Origin: Amphiscolops sp. MND2022
Taxonomy: Eukaryota
Assembly: GCA_964187785.1 (NCBI GenBank)
Contig: OZ076416.1
Span: 40,920,001-40,984,000 of the forward strand
Direction of reading: 5' to 3'
DNA: 64,000 nucleotides
In this document: positions 27,701 to 38,100 of the stretch, piece after piece
How the letters are laid out: every line of letters starts with the position of its first letter
How positions within the stretch are numbered: position 1 is the stretch's first letter
Made by a program: the position numbers and the translations under genes
The notes under the pieces: model-generated
What the model was told of the DNA's origin: nothing
What the model saw: the letters and a program-made list of their open reading frames with translations, nothing else
The model's database searches: none

Positions 27701-30700
27701 TAACACTCGCTCGCTTATTGAATCAACTAAGTGTCGTTGGCAGTTTGAGATATTTAAATTTCACTAATCAATAACTTTTGAACATTTTCGGAAGGTCGAA
27801 TTTTCCTCAACATTTATTCGATTTTATTCATTTTGGTTTCCTTAGATTCAGCGGTGAGTTTAGTTGCTTGTATACAATTTGATTTGCAGTAGGACGCAAT
27901 TTAGGGAAAAACGCGTCCTTAAAAGTCCTTTTCTCTCTGATACAAATTTGCATAAAGTAATAAGACGCAATGATCAAAAATATAACTTGAGGTATCTGCA
28001 GATTTGAGAACACCAAGAAAAGAACCCAAACATTTAATGACCAGACCCGATGCAGCGAACAAAGAGAAACGAAACACCCAATACGACGATAAAAGACAAC
28101 AGATAGTTAGTACCATGTAAGACAATGTCGATGCAAATTTCTCCATCTTTGATGATTCACAAATATTCCAATGATAGTGTAGAACTTTCGCTGTATTAAA
28201 ATATGTAACTGCCACGAAGCTTCCAAAAAAACTAATAACGTGGTCCAGTCGAAGGTGATCAATGGAAAGACAAATTGGGCCTAGGCTATGATTTGGTGTT
28301 TCAATGTTTGTTTCATATAGGGTTCATTTATTGAGCAACACAATAAAACGAAATGAAGCTGATGAAACAAATGCAAGTCAGTACCAAGAAGACAAACTAA
28401 ATTTGAATGTAAAATTGTACGTGCGATGACACGGGGTTTCAACAGATTAATCAAACCGTCTCTGTTTGTATCAACAAACGACGTCAGGTTATGAACTCAA
28501 TCGAAATAAGATGACTCAACTAATTTGGGTGTACTTACAACAGTGGCATTGGTGATACATTGTCTAAACACCATGACTTGACGTACAACCAGCAAGTTAC
28601 GGTAGCACAGATTCGACACTATTATGAAATACTACAAGAACATTTTCCTGATTCGATTGTGTTCGGGTACTTCAGGAGGGCACTTTCAACTGGAACGAAA
28701 TTTAAAAAATTATTAGCTTGTAAATTAAAGACAGGTGTTCTAGATTTTACAGTAATTTCATCACCGATCATCCCAACTTCGAGTGAGCCAAGCTAATATT
28801 ACCGATAAAGTTTGACACCATTGTTCAAATGGCAGATATTTTCATGAATTTTACTTTCATCATCAAGGTGAGGCGGAGAGGCAAAAAATTGTCTAGAACG
28901 AGAGCTGGTTAGATTTCTTGATCATTTAGATGAAAATTGAGATCAACTCAACCTTCCCCATGGTTCACAATACTGCTGAAAATAGGTAAAAGAATGATAG
29001 TTTTTTGTAATTACCCAAGAATCATTCAACATTTTACGTCATCATTCAACTCCTGAACCATATGACCCCGTGTTTCCAACTCACCGTTTTTCGGCAGAAT
29101 TTTCCCTCTGAGATTTGTTTTGCATCTGTTGCAACTTCTTGTTCGTCTCCTCCATCTCTTTTTTGAGTTTTTCTCTCTCCGCAATCAATTTATTCTTCTG
29201 CTTCAACAGATCTTCTCTTTCGTCTTTCCAAGATGAATTGCGTTTCTCCAACTCTTCATTTTCTTTTTCCAATTTTGCAACGGCTTTCACTTTATCCTGA
29301 AAATAACAATCAGTTGAGGAAAACGAAAGCAACAAGTTCATTAGAAAATTGCTTCGAACGCAGAGTTCTGAAATCGCTAATTTTAACCGCGAAAGTTGTA
29401 TTCATGACTTTCTTTGGTTGATTCACAAGCAGAGTAGAAAATTTCCAAATAAGATGGGAAGGTACTGACCACCCAAAAGCGAGATTATGGGTAAAACTAA
29501 AACTTCGTATACAATTTTCCAGGGAACTCGTGCCAACGTCCAATAGGTTTTGGTAGATTTTGGTACATATCTTTGTGTATGCCAGCTTTCTCCATACAAT
29601 GTGAATGGGATTATTGTTCTGTGCATTGACTAATAAACTGATTACCGATAAGTAGGGCAACCACGATTTGCCCTTTATTTTTTAAAATTTTGCCCTTTAT
29701 TTTAAAATTTTTCGGCACGCGTTTGAAAGCGAGGATTTAACGAAAAAAGTCAAATTCGTTTATTAAAGTGAAATGTTACAATAAATGCAAATAAATAAAA
29801 TTCTCGATATTTGTAACATCAAAATTACGGGTGCAACTTCAATTCGTCGAAAAATGCAAAGCTATTCAATGCGTCGAAAGAATTCCATATCAGCGATTAT
29901 TTTCATTTGGTTATATTTTGTGGCGAATAACATATTTGTTGTATGGCTCGGTCGCTTCGCTCCCTTCGCCAAGTAGCAACATTGAGGCATGGCCATATGG
30001 CACGTCGCTCCGCTTCGCTTCGCTCCTGCATTTAGGGCACTAGGGGTATGTGAACATATCTGACTTCGTTGTCGTAATTTTGAATGCTCGAATTTGATTG
30101 GCCGAAATCAATTCATTCCATTACGTCATACCATGGTCGCTAAATTAATACGTGTTCGACGAATTGAATGTTCGACGAATTGAACAGTCCCCAAAATTAC
30201 GGTCCTTGGCTAGCATCTTGTTGAGTTTGCTAAATGGTTATTTCTGAGAAATTCCTGTACACAAACTCGCACGACTCGTATTTCTCAGAAAAGGGGTGAT
30301 TATAAACAAAAAAAGTACAAGATTCGATGTATTTTGCCTTTTATTAAACTTTTTGCCCCTAACCCGTACTTCTGCCCTTTTTGCCCCTGTTGCCCTTTTT
30401 GGTTGCCCTACCGATAAGTCAATTTCTTCATGAAATCGTCCCGCTTCGCTAATTAGTGGTGCAATAATCCTGTCCGAACGTGATCAGGTACATTTAAAAC
30501 GGGCATCGGCGGAACGAGCAAACTCAATATACAGTGGTGTGAAGAAAGAATGCGACTTAGTTGCTCAGAATGCAAAGAATTCTCTAATCTGATTGGTTCA
30601 CAAAGCTTCGCTACTCAAATCTCATTGGTTTAACGAGCCTCGATCTCTCGCAAAAATCAGTATTTTCAATTGTTTACCGTCTTTCGGGGATACTTTTTAC

Positions 30701-32919
30701 AAGAAAATTATACCAAAAAATTTCTCTGATTTTTCTCAATCCCATGATAGTTTTTGTTTGTGGAAATCACCAAGAAAACAAAAATGGGAGCACTTTTTCG
30801 TTAAGTGAAATTGAAAATACATGTATTAAGATAGAAATTTCAGTCTTACACTTGGTAAAACTCCCACCAATATACATTTCCAAATATATCCAACATCAAA
30901 TTTTATCTTCGTTTTCGAGAGATTTGAGTGTATCTGCAATACAAAATTTATCAAAAAATATTTATTGGGTCACTGATATTTTCTCCAAAATTAGCAATTT
31001 CAACTATTTTCCTCCCAAAATCACATGTTTCTAACTTCGGACACAATGATGGTTGAAATTTCAAACCAAAACTATAGTATTCATAGCAAAAATTCAAGAA
31101 ACTTTTGTTTTTACCAAATTGAACCATTTCGAATAGTTTTGGAGATATGAGACTGCAAAATTAGCCTTCTTGAGCAACTAAGTCGCATTCTTTCTTCACA
31201 CCACTGTTCGTATCTAATTCTTTGAACGAGCTTGATCGCAGCATTCTTGACTCTTTTCATTTTCGCACTTTTCTTATTCAAATCAAGCGAACTGCTTCAA
31301 GTCAACAGAGGGGTTCCTATGAAACTGAACGACTAAAACCAATTTGTTTGGAAGCAACAAACACTTGAAATTCACTAACATCTTGAGCAGCCTGTGCTTG
31401 TTCTTCCAATTGTTTGATACGTTGCTGCAAGAACTCAATTTGCCCGATGGCCTCCGTAAAATCCTTCTCAAATGTTTCGATCACCGATTGTTGATTGGCC
31501 AAAGCCGAGGCCAGACGTTCCCTCTCATTCACTGCCTCTCTAACCTTTTCCTGGAACAAAACTGTTAATGCATTACCTACCATATGAACTTATTCATCTG
31601 ACCGCTGTGTTGTTTTCACTGTGGAACCAATGCTGAAATTTACAGGGGAAATATTGGATAGGTAAAAAGTGACATCTCATTGGCTTACAACAAAAACGTT
31701 GATTTGCTGGCAGCTGGCAAAGAATTTGAACTTAGTGAGGAATACACCTAGAACATAGTTTCTAGGAGCAATAGAAGGGCTTGGTGTTATAGACAAACGA
31801 TAACGAGTCTAGCTCGAAACTTCAAAACGTCGGAATTTGTAGAAAAAATTGAGGCTACTTTTGTCAGTCGACAATGCCCCACGAAAGAAACTGTTTTTTT
31901 TTCTTACAAAACCCACCAACGACCGTTTAGTTGATCTATTCCCCCAGAATCATGACTCAGAAATCGGAGATGACGTGTAACAGTTACTAAATTGGAGTTT
32001 AGGATTTGGATTTCTTCAATTGTAAGTCATAATTGCATTTAAGTCCCTACGTCCAGTCAACTTTGTCATTTTCAGCGTCGATTCTCGTCATACCTACTTG
32101 ATGGTCAGTTTCTTGTGTTTTCCACGTGGTCAATAATTTGTTCATTGTCTGGTCCATCGAGTGAATGCTGCTTTCCTTCTTATTCAGGGCGTCATGGGCG
32201 ACTGCTATCTGCTGCTCGAGATTCAGACACCGGGCGTGTAGCTCCTTAACTTGATTCTCACAATGATTGCGTTTCAGCACTTCTTGCTGCAATAGTTCAC
32301 GCAATTTATCCTCCTCGTTACCATCTGAATAACAGAGGGCACATATTAAAGACGACACGTACAAATTCTATAAAGGGGAAAATCTGGTAGATTCCAAAAA
32401 TAGTAACTACTCGAAATTAAAAGACAAGTTTTTGAGAATTGGATTTGCTAATTTGTTGTTTTTTGACAGAATCCCATAACAAAGCAACGCAGCGACTTTT
32501 CAGGTGAAGAGAGACGGAAATCGATTAGTATCTAAGAGCTCAAACGCAAGTAAAAAATATATACTCTTCTTGGTGAAAGGAGATTCCAAGTAGAAATTGT
32601 TCAGTCCTGAAGTTGAGCCAGTCAAGATGGGTATCTCTTCGGATTCTAGCAGAGAGTTGCCAGAGAAACAGTGCGAGACATCATTGCTCTTGTTCAACAT
32701 CTCTTTAGTTTCTTTTTCAATCGACGTTTCGAATCTGGATGACAGCTTTGGAATATCGACACTGGTCTTAAGGTTCTGTAACTTGGAGTCATCATCCTTC
32801 TCGTCAAAATTAGTTTCAGAAGGAGAAGAACTCACATCGTTCTGCGGAACCGTTGTTGCTGCTCCTCCATACCGCACAGATCTGGAGGTCGAATGCCCAA
32901 CAGGTGCAACTGCTTGCAT
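12609..32919 (-). CDS. CNTROB: Centrobin (centriole duplication / daughter-centriole coiled-coil protein), multi-exon gene
   Basis: Exon 32062-32324 encodes KRNHCENQVKELHARCLNLEQQIAVAHDALNKKESSIHSMDQTMNKLLTTW, which aligns to the centrobin motif RRKHCERHIQSLQTRVLELQQQLAVA...KKD..IEQLDKTL..VVEGW (recalled). It is followed by coiled-coil exons, a Ser/Pro-rich region and a C-terminal ELQNYIQMLL motif. About 17 exons chain with compatible GT-AG phases; a few boundaries are uncertain. Confidence 0.8.
13035..13129. repeat. 26-bp minisatellite, ~3.5 copies
   Basis: CACAGCCCTATGTTCCATTTCTTTAT repeated. Confidence 0.9.
13226..13868 (-). mobile_element. Helentron-type non-autonomous element, family A, with internal 172-bp tandem units
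   Basis: Hairpin CCGCATGTGCGG (13233-13244), subTIR AGGAGTCGG (13248-13256) and its inverse CCGACTCCT (13855-13863) plus an A-tract. About three 172-bp units. Confidence 0.7.
14022..14225 (-). CDS. CNTROB: Centrobin exon (LLNKPNSVIDG...SISPQ)
   Basis: ctttag acceptor, CAG|GTCGGC donor, phase 0-0. Confidence 0.65.
14338..14830 (-). mobile_element. Helentron-type family A copy (~2 units)
   Basis: CCGCATATGCGG hairpin 14345-14356; CCGACTCCT-AAAAA 14817-14830. Confidence 0.7.
14894..14964 (-). CDS. CNTROB: Centrobin exon (NTSNDGLSDLEQRDKELQNYIQM)
   Basis: ttttag acceptor, ATG|GTAAGA donor; completes the ELQNYIQMLL motif with the next exon. Confidence 0.65.
15044..15227 (-). CDS. CNTROB: Centrobin exon (RSRETHHES...STFYT)
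   Basis: ctccag acceptor, ACAG|GTTAGC donor, open frame, phase-compatible with the next exon. Confidence 0.55.
15612..15870. repeat. Interspersed repeat (solo-LTR-like); related copies at ~12826-12890 and ~27507-27750
   Basis: Shared ACACTCCTGT...AGCACAATTA...GTTTACACCGC core in all three copies, same orientation. Confidence 0.6.
16688..16758 (-). CDS. CNTROB: Centrobin exon (DRSSEQQKYD...EEE); 3' boundary uncertain
   Basis: tttcag acceptor and GAG|GTATAT donor; the frame stays open to a TAG at 16511. Confidence 0.55.
17034..17181 (-). CDS. CNTROB: Centrobin exon (LQGYTVSFHSTSESPSP...SEK)
   Basis: cgccag acceptor, AAAG|GTTTAA donor. Confidence 0.6.
17463..17859 (-). CDS. CNTROB: Centrobin Ser-rich exon
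   Basis: ttgcag acceptor, CAA|GTTTGC donor; ORF 17430-17894. Confidence 0.65.
18099..18620 (+). mobile_element. Helentron-type family B-related element
   Basis: TTTTT-AGTCGGCGC (18099-18112), IR CGACTA (18130-18135), internal degenerate repeats shared with 8607-9086, GC-rich hairpin at ~18577-18613. Confidence 0.55.
19253..19425 (-). CDS. CNTROB: Centrobin exon (ANNCEETQQP...RNLS)
   Basis: catcag acceptor, GA|GTTAGT donor. Confidence 0.65.
19856..20007 (-). CDS. CNTROB: Centrobin acidic exon (TTPTEE...NRHQ)
   Basis: ttgcag acceptor, CAG|GTATCT donor. Confidence 0.65.
20242..20348. repeat. 22-bp minisatellite x5, next to a family-B Helentron-type 5' end (20410-20466)
   Basis: AAAACGTTATATCCGAACTTTG units; TAGTCGGGC...GCGCCGACTAAAAA at 20429-20467. 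Confidence 0.8.
20743..20906 (-). CDS. CNTROB: Centrobin exon (DPVAPPTRT...FYSA)
   Basis: ttttag acceptor, G|GTAAAT donor. Confidence 0.65.
21181..21570 (-). CDS. CNTROB: Centrobin exon (YHLKQAVEKNF...DKWK)
   Basis: cttcag acceptor, AG|GTAAAT donor. Confidence 0.7.
22290..22435 (-). CDS. CNTROB: Centrobin coiled-coil exon (NLSKEMRSENEKQLREMK...)
   Basis: cttcag acceptor, AC|GTTGGT donor, heptad pattern. Confidence 0.7.
23035..23475. mobile_element. piggyBac-like MITE
   Basis: TTAA on both flanks; TIRs CCTTAACTTGGCCA / TGGTCAACTTAAGG. Confidence 0.75.
23556..23880 (-). CDS. CNTROB: Centrobin coiled-coil exon (LLDAEVRKNKDLKRE...EKVE)
   Basis: attcag acceptor, GAG|GTTGGT donor. Confidence 0.72.
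24217..25242 (-). mobile_element. Helentron-type family A copy (~5 x 172-bp units)
   Basis: CCGCATATGCGG 24224-24235; CCGACTCCT-AAAAA 25229-25242; 172-bp periodicity. Confidence 0.72.
25779..26235. mobile_element. hAT MITE
   Basis: 8-bp TSD TAAGTTAT; 23-bp TIR CAGGG(G/C)TGCCCAAAAATTAATTG. Confidence 0.9.
26409..27166. mobile_element. Tc1/mariner MITE
   Basis: TA TSD; TIR CAGTAGCGTTCTAAAATATCGCAAC, plus longer imperfect subterminal IRs. Confidence 0.9.
29085..29296 (-). CDS. CNTROB: Centrobin coiled-coil exon (DKVKAVAKLEKENEELEK...)
   Basis: tttcag acceptor, CG|GTGAGT donor. Confidence 0.75.
29653..30410. mobile_element. hAT MITE
   Basis: 8-bp TSD CCGATAAG; TIR TAGGGCAACCA / TGGTTGCCCTA. 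Confidence 0.88.
29829..30191. mobile_element. Mutator-like MITE nested in the hAT MITE
   Basis: 9-bp TSD CAAAATTAC; GGG...CCC ends with imperfect TIR core TTCAATTCGTCGAA. Confidence 0.65.
30532..31206. mobile_element. Tc1/mariner MITE
   Basis: 36-bp TIR CAGTGGTGTGAAGAAAGAATGCGACTTAGTTGCTCA; left flank TA, right flank TT. Confidence 0.85.
31380..31550 (-). CDS. CNTROB: Centrobin coiled-coil exon (EKVREAVNERERL...AAQD)
   Basis: ttccag acceptor, GAT|GTTAGT donor. Confidence 0.72.
32062..32324 (-). CDS. CNTROB: Centrobin diagnostic exon (KRNHCENQVKELHARCLNLEQQIAVA...); 3' boundary uncertain
   Basis: attcag acceptor, phase 1; encodes the conserved centrobin motif. Confidence 0.8.
32565..32919 (-). 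CDS. CNTROB: Probable first coding exon of centrobin (N-terminal low-complexity region)
   Basis: Acceptor at 32927, ATG at 32919, A|GTATAT donor phase-compatible with the next exon. Confidence 0.55.
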
Positions 32920-33739
32920 CAAAGTGGCTGCAACAATGATACATTAAATTAATAAAAGACGAAAAGGTTGGAATGAAAATTTGGAACCATGAAAATTTGG
33001 AACACCTTACCTAAAAAGATGAAGACCAAGAACTTGAAACTGCAAAACATATGATCAAAAGTTTCTTCCTTGAGCGGATGGAAAGAGAATTAGATCAACC
33101 GGAATATGGGAAAAATGTTGGAGAAATTATAGTTTTAAATAAATGTATAAGTTTGCTCTTCCCCCTAATGTGTTTAAACTGTTTTGTTTGTTTTTTATTA
33201 TTGCATTGCTACACTATTTTTTTAAATAAAAATAGCTCATTGTATATGATTTAAAACAAGGAATTCAGTGTTTTTTTAGGTTGACCATTTTGTATATAAT
33301 CTAAAATTTGACTGGGCGAATTCTTCCAATTTTCTCTAATCAACTTTTCAACTATTCTCGAATTTGACCAAAAAGGCATCGTGGAACAAAGGGAATATTA
33401 ATTCAACTAACAAAATCGCAGTCATAAAAATTTCAAATGCAGCAACGATCTAGTGAAACACAGACAGAAATCAAAACGAAACACCACGTATGGTTGAGGA
33501 AAATTAAATTTTCAGTTGCCTTTGTGTGAAACATTTTGCTGTATTGTTGGAAGTTTTTCGCAACAGTAAGTTTTCATAACACGGTTCAACTCATCATGAG
33601 GCAGTAGGTACTTTTTATAAAAGTTTTTGCGTACTTCTTGACTACCCCAAAAGTACAAACATTTCGTAGCTTTTGAGAATAGTTTTCCGTTCAGCCTGCA
33701 ACTTTTATTAAATTACTTCGAATAGTATTTTTCAGTAAA

Positions 33740-34550
33740 CGATTAATTTGCCATAGCATTGATAATAGCGACGTGGTTACCATTAGACCTATTGTGGGTC
33801 ACGTGTTCTCCACAAGAGATATGTCACTTCAAAGGTGGTTTGAATATCCTGTATCCTGTGAAACACTTTTTTGCGGCTACAATTCACAAAACAATAGGCG
33901 AAATTTTACCGGGCTTAATTACCAGAGTTTCGCCAGTCGTGAGTGAGTTTGCTTATGGGAAAACAACTCTATGAGTTGCTAAGTCGAGTAAAAAAACTTG
34001 AGCCACGTTACTTTCGTTAGGATTAAAGAAGAAACTCTGAATGCTATCAAATCTATTCTTCTCAATCGAACTCAGTGGAGCTGAAACATTGATCACTTTC
34101 CGCAAAAGATAACATCTAAGACAGATTTCCCTCAAGTTTTCAATTTGAATGAAACGCAATCCGTCCTTCACCATTCAAATTCCTCGGCATCCCATCGGCT
34201 ACGTGTATTTGTTGATGAGTCGAAGTGTGCCCAATTGCGTTTATGTAGGAGAAACTTGTAATCTTCGATGCAGACTCAGAGAACACAACAGTGGACTTGG
34301 AGCTTCTTTCACTAACGTTCCAGAGAGACGTCCCTGGGCTGTGTTCTATTTCTTGACAGGTTTCACTGATACAAAAAAAAACAGACCTTGAGAACGTCAC
34401 TGGCACAACGAGATGGCTCAAATGTTTCATGGCAGGAGAGTTTCACCCTCTACAATCGACTGCAATCGTATTGGATTGAAGGTTCAAGAAAATATGACCA
34501 AAAACAACGAAGAATTGAAAATGGTTGTCTGCGACCGTTTGACTGTGTAA
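33740..34550 (+). pseudogene. Decayed Pif1-type helicase C-terminus fused to a GIY-YIG endonuclease (Helitron-like remnant)
   Basis: Frameshift-joined reading: YPVKHFFAATIHKTIGE.L (Pif1 motif V-like), QLYELLSRVK.LSHVTFV (motif VI-like), KEETLNAIKSILLNRTQW, then GYVYLLMS...VYVGET.NL..RL.EHNSG.GA..T...RPW (GIY-YIG). Confidence 0.75.
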
Positions 34551-35120
34551 TAGAACTTTAAACAATTGCTCCTCAGGGTTCACGTCGCTTGTATATCATG
34601 TCCCGTTCATTCTTTTGAGACATATTACCTCGATGTGGTTACAATCTATTCGATGTTTTACATTTTTCCAAACAACAAAATCATCCTGGGCGTTGTTTTC
34701 CCTGGGACTGGTCACTTTCCACGGCTTGCTTTCCAAAAACCAGGTAGTCTGTTTTTAGAGGTTCAAACAATCATTTTCTGGTTTTTCAATTTAATTTCAA
34801 AAACGGAACTCGAAACAATCATCATGGTTGCTGAAGGTTATGTACTTAGCTGTGTTGATTCTTTTTTTCACAGTCGATGTCAACGCGGTTAACAAGACGT
34901 TATATCGTACTCATGAATCAAGCGTATCATTAATTAAAGTTCATTTTCAAAAAATTTTTTGTTACATTTATTGTCTTTTTCTAGTTATACGTAAGGTGCA
35001 GTTGCTCCATGGAACGCCATTCATTTGCTTTAATTCAAATGATTAACATTTTGTAACCTAAAAAATTCATATCAGAAAATATCTTTCGAAGAGAATAACC
35101 CTGTTTGTTTTCATGTTGAA

Positions 35121-38100
35121 GTGTTCCACTTCATTGGTGCCTCAAACACAAGGAACCGAGTGCAATGTGAGAAACAAAATTTAAAAACCCGCCGAATAAC
35201 TGGACCATCTGGTCTGTCACTTAACAACGCTGTTGATCACAAGTATGTTCTCAGAGTTTTGGAGAAATTGGGCTCTTTTAAGCAGTACATTTTGAATCAT
35301 GATGTTATAAATATTTCAATAACGACTTCTACCAAACTAAAGGTTTATCTGAATCTGCCTTTTTGGCAAGTCTGCCAGGGTTGAAAGAACTTGGTGTGGT
35401 AGCTGTTGTACTTCACAAACGAGAGGGTGCCCGAGCTTCGCTCTGGGTAAAGAAGGTTTAATTCAACAATTTGTTACCACAATTCGAATCAAAAGAACTC
35501 TTGGGAATAATTGGAGAAAATTCTTCCAAGAAACTAAATACGTTCAGAAAACTCATATTCCAATTGAACTTGAATGCGTTTCACCAGACATGTTTTGCAA
35601 TGTAATACAATTGAAGATTTAATGACCATTAACAAGCTTAAACAAAAACCGGAAGCTGGGAGTAAAGCCAGTCATTCATTGGTGCATTTCTGAAAAAAAT
35701 TTGTTAGGTAATTTAGTTTCGAATGAAAGTCTGAACTTGCGTTCCGTTGTACATGTTGCCAATACAATAATGATTATTCGAAAAAATTTCAATATTGAAA
35801 GTTGCTAAGTCAATCATTACTACGATAGTTTTTGAATTGTTTATGTTCATCCTGTGCTCATACTTTGAGCACGGGATAAACTTTTTATCCAGTCATTTCA
35901 TGATTTTCATTGTTCTGCTATTGCTATTGCAACTAGTCTAGAATATTTACAAGCAGGCTTGATCGAAGTTTTCCAAAAATTCTTTTTCGAGAAATGACTG
36001 GATAAACACCTGTTGAAATCATTGTTGCGTTTGTTGATTGAATAGACAAGGTTGGATTTTTGATTGTTATACGAATGATAATGGAAAAATTCTATTAAAC
36101 ACTAATTTTGATTTTTTCCAAACTTTTCCGATAAGGGTATGTGAGAATACTTGCTCAGTAAAAAAGCGTTCAATAGTAGTCACATTGTAAAACTATGTTA
36201 ACATGAGAATTTCATTGTAGTTTTAACTTTTTACCGTATTAGGACAAAATTATAATGCTCTTTTACTCAAGTGTTTGTTGAATGAACATTAAAAAATACT
36301 TAGTTTTCAATATTTGATGTAAGCAAAAACGAATCGTTTGCCCCATTTCCTTTTTCTCAAGATTATTTAAGAAGACGAAAAATGACGATACCTTGGTATA
36401 AACACTTGCAATCTTTTCCAGACATTTGATTCGATAATGACTTGTCATATCAAGCCGACCATGACTCTCGCTGACGCTATGGTCAGGGCGCAGCGTTTTG
36501 GACCCACAACACTTAAAAACTTATCAAATCCAGCTGGTGACCACCAACGGAAAAGATTAGATGTAATTTTCTTGTCATGCACACCTGCAGAGAAACAATC
36601 CTTTACTTAAACATCAAGGCTGCCGTCAGGATTCGAAAGGAAACAACTCGAAACGACCTACCATCGTTTTGGTTCTTTCCAAATATGTAACTCAAGTGAT
36701 GAGGTGGGACTATTCACAAAAACGGTAAGTCAATCGTTTGTTTTGTTCCAGTACTGGAAAGTCATTAGATCTGGCGTTGCTGTTTCCATTTTCAACCCCA
36801 GATTGGATGCATGTTCAATACTAGCAATAACTTTTTTATCACATCTGCAAACCCCTCATGAACTGCGCTGTGGTAGATAGAGGAAATATGCCTCCCACTG
36901 TCGTTAACTCCGCTGTTAATTATATCGCTTCTTCCTTCATTTCTCATAAATTTAAATTTGAAATTTTGGTCGTGAGAAATGATCTTTGCAATGGGATTCT
37001 GTGCGATGGGCAGGCGGGGATAAGGGCGAACCGTATTGCTGTACTTCCACTGAGAGTCGCCACAATCCAGCGTTGGAGACATTCATAAAAGACAGTACTC
37101 TCAAATGGATGTGAGAACCGATTTGAAAACATCATTTTCCGATCGTGCCACTTTGTTTCATATTTGTTACGAATCCCAGCAGCAGAGATCTGAGGTCAAA
37201 TTTGTATGATGAATTGGACTTTGAGGATAGTGCTATCCAACAAATTGAGCGGACCCGAGCCAACGGGGGAGCTCGAATCACTGGCTGGATAAAACCATCT
37301 TATTCATCATACTGAAAACGATAACGCGTCGGTGGAAGTGAAAAGAATTCATGTTGTTTCAGATGAACCAATCAACGCGGCGACTGATGACATGAAAAAC
37401 CACAAGTACGCCATGGTTTCTACAGCCGCTGTAACCGCTGCTGCTGAGATAGTAGACAGTCAAACTACGACTAGACCCCGGGATACCACACCGCCACCAC
37501 AAGTCGCGCACGTTCAATCTCCGTGTTACTGTTATACCTAAATTGTGGTTCAATCCTGGAAGTTTTTTCTTCCAGATTCTCAAATCTTAAGTTATGTTTT
37601 AAACACCTAGTTATTTTGAATTATCAAGTCAATGATAAATTACAACTTTCCTTTTCATCTTGAAGTTAAAAATTCACAGTCCTCAATAATAACTGACGTT
37701 GGTTTCAAAATTTCCGTTTGTTTCTTTTGTTTAAACAAAATGTTTGATGTGCATTAGAATTTGGTTCTTCCTACGCAGTTTACGTTTTCCAGTGTAATCG
37801 TTCTTTGGGCTTTTCCGAAATATTGTTGGTATTTTTCCAAGATACATTAAACGAATTAGGCTGACTTTACCTTCTGGAGACAATTTCACAGAAAACTGAT
37901 ACATTTTCCATGGAACAAATTACAACTAAAATTCTAATTTCCTTTCATATTACTTCTGCTAACAAGACTTTATCAAGTAACAACAGCGGTTTGAATTTTT
38001 GCCCGTTTTGGTCTGCTTTTTACCTACTAAAAGATTCCTGTTGTTGGACATCCTGCATTCCTCAATACTTATTATGCAAAATTGAGTTTCTCGTTTGTTT

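Larger units (their letters stand above)
25291..28870 (-). pseudogene. Decayed intronless multi-transmembrane ORF inside a centrobin intron, split by MITEs
   Basis: Collinear hydrophobic ORF fragments 27919-28215, 27178-27399 and 25291-25554, with a Cys-containing stretch upstream. Coding-like sequence resumes across the MITE insertion sites. Confidence 0.4.

Noticed and set aside
28560-28796. 78-aa plus-strand ORF as a nested antisense gene
   Set aside because: No splice signals or recognisable motif; the opposite strand looks more coding-like.
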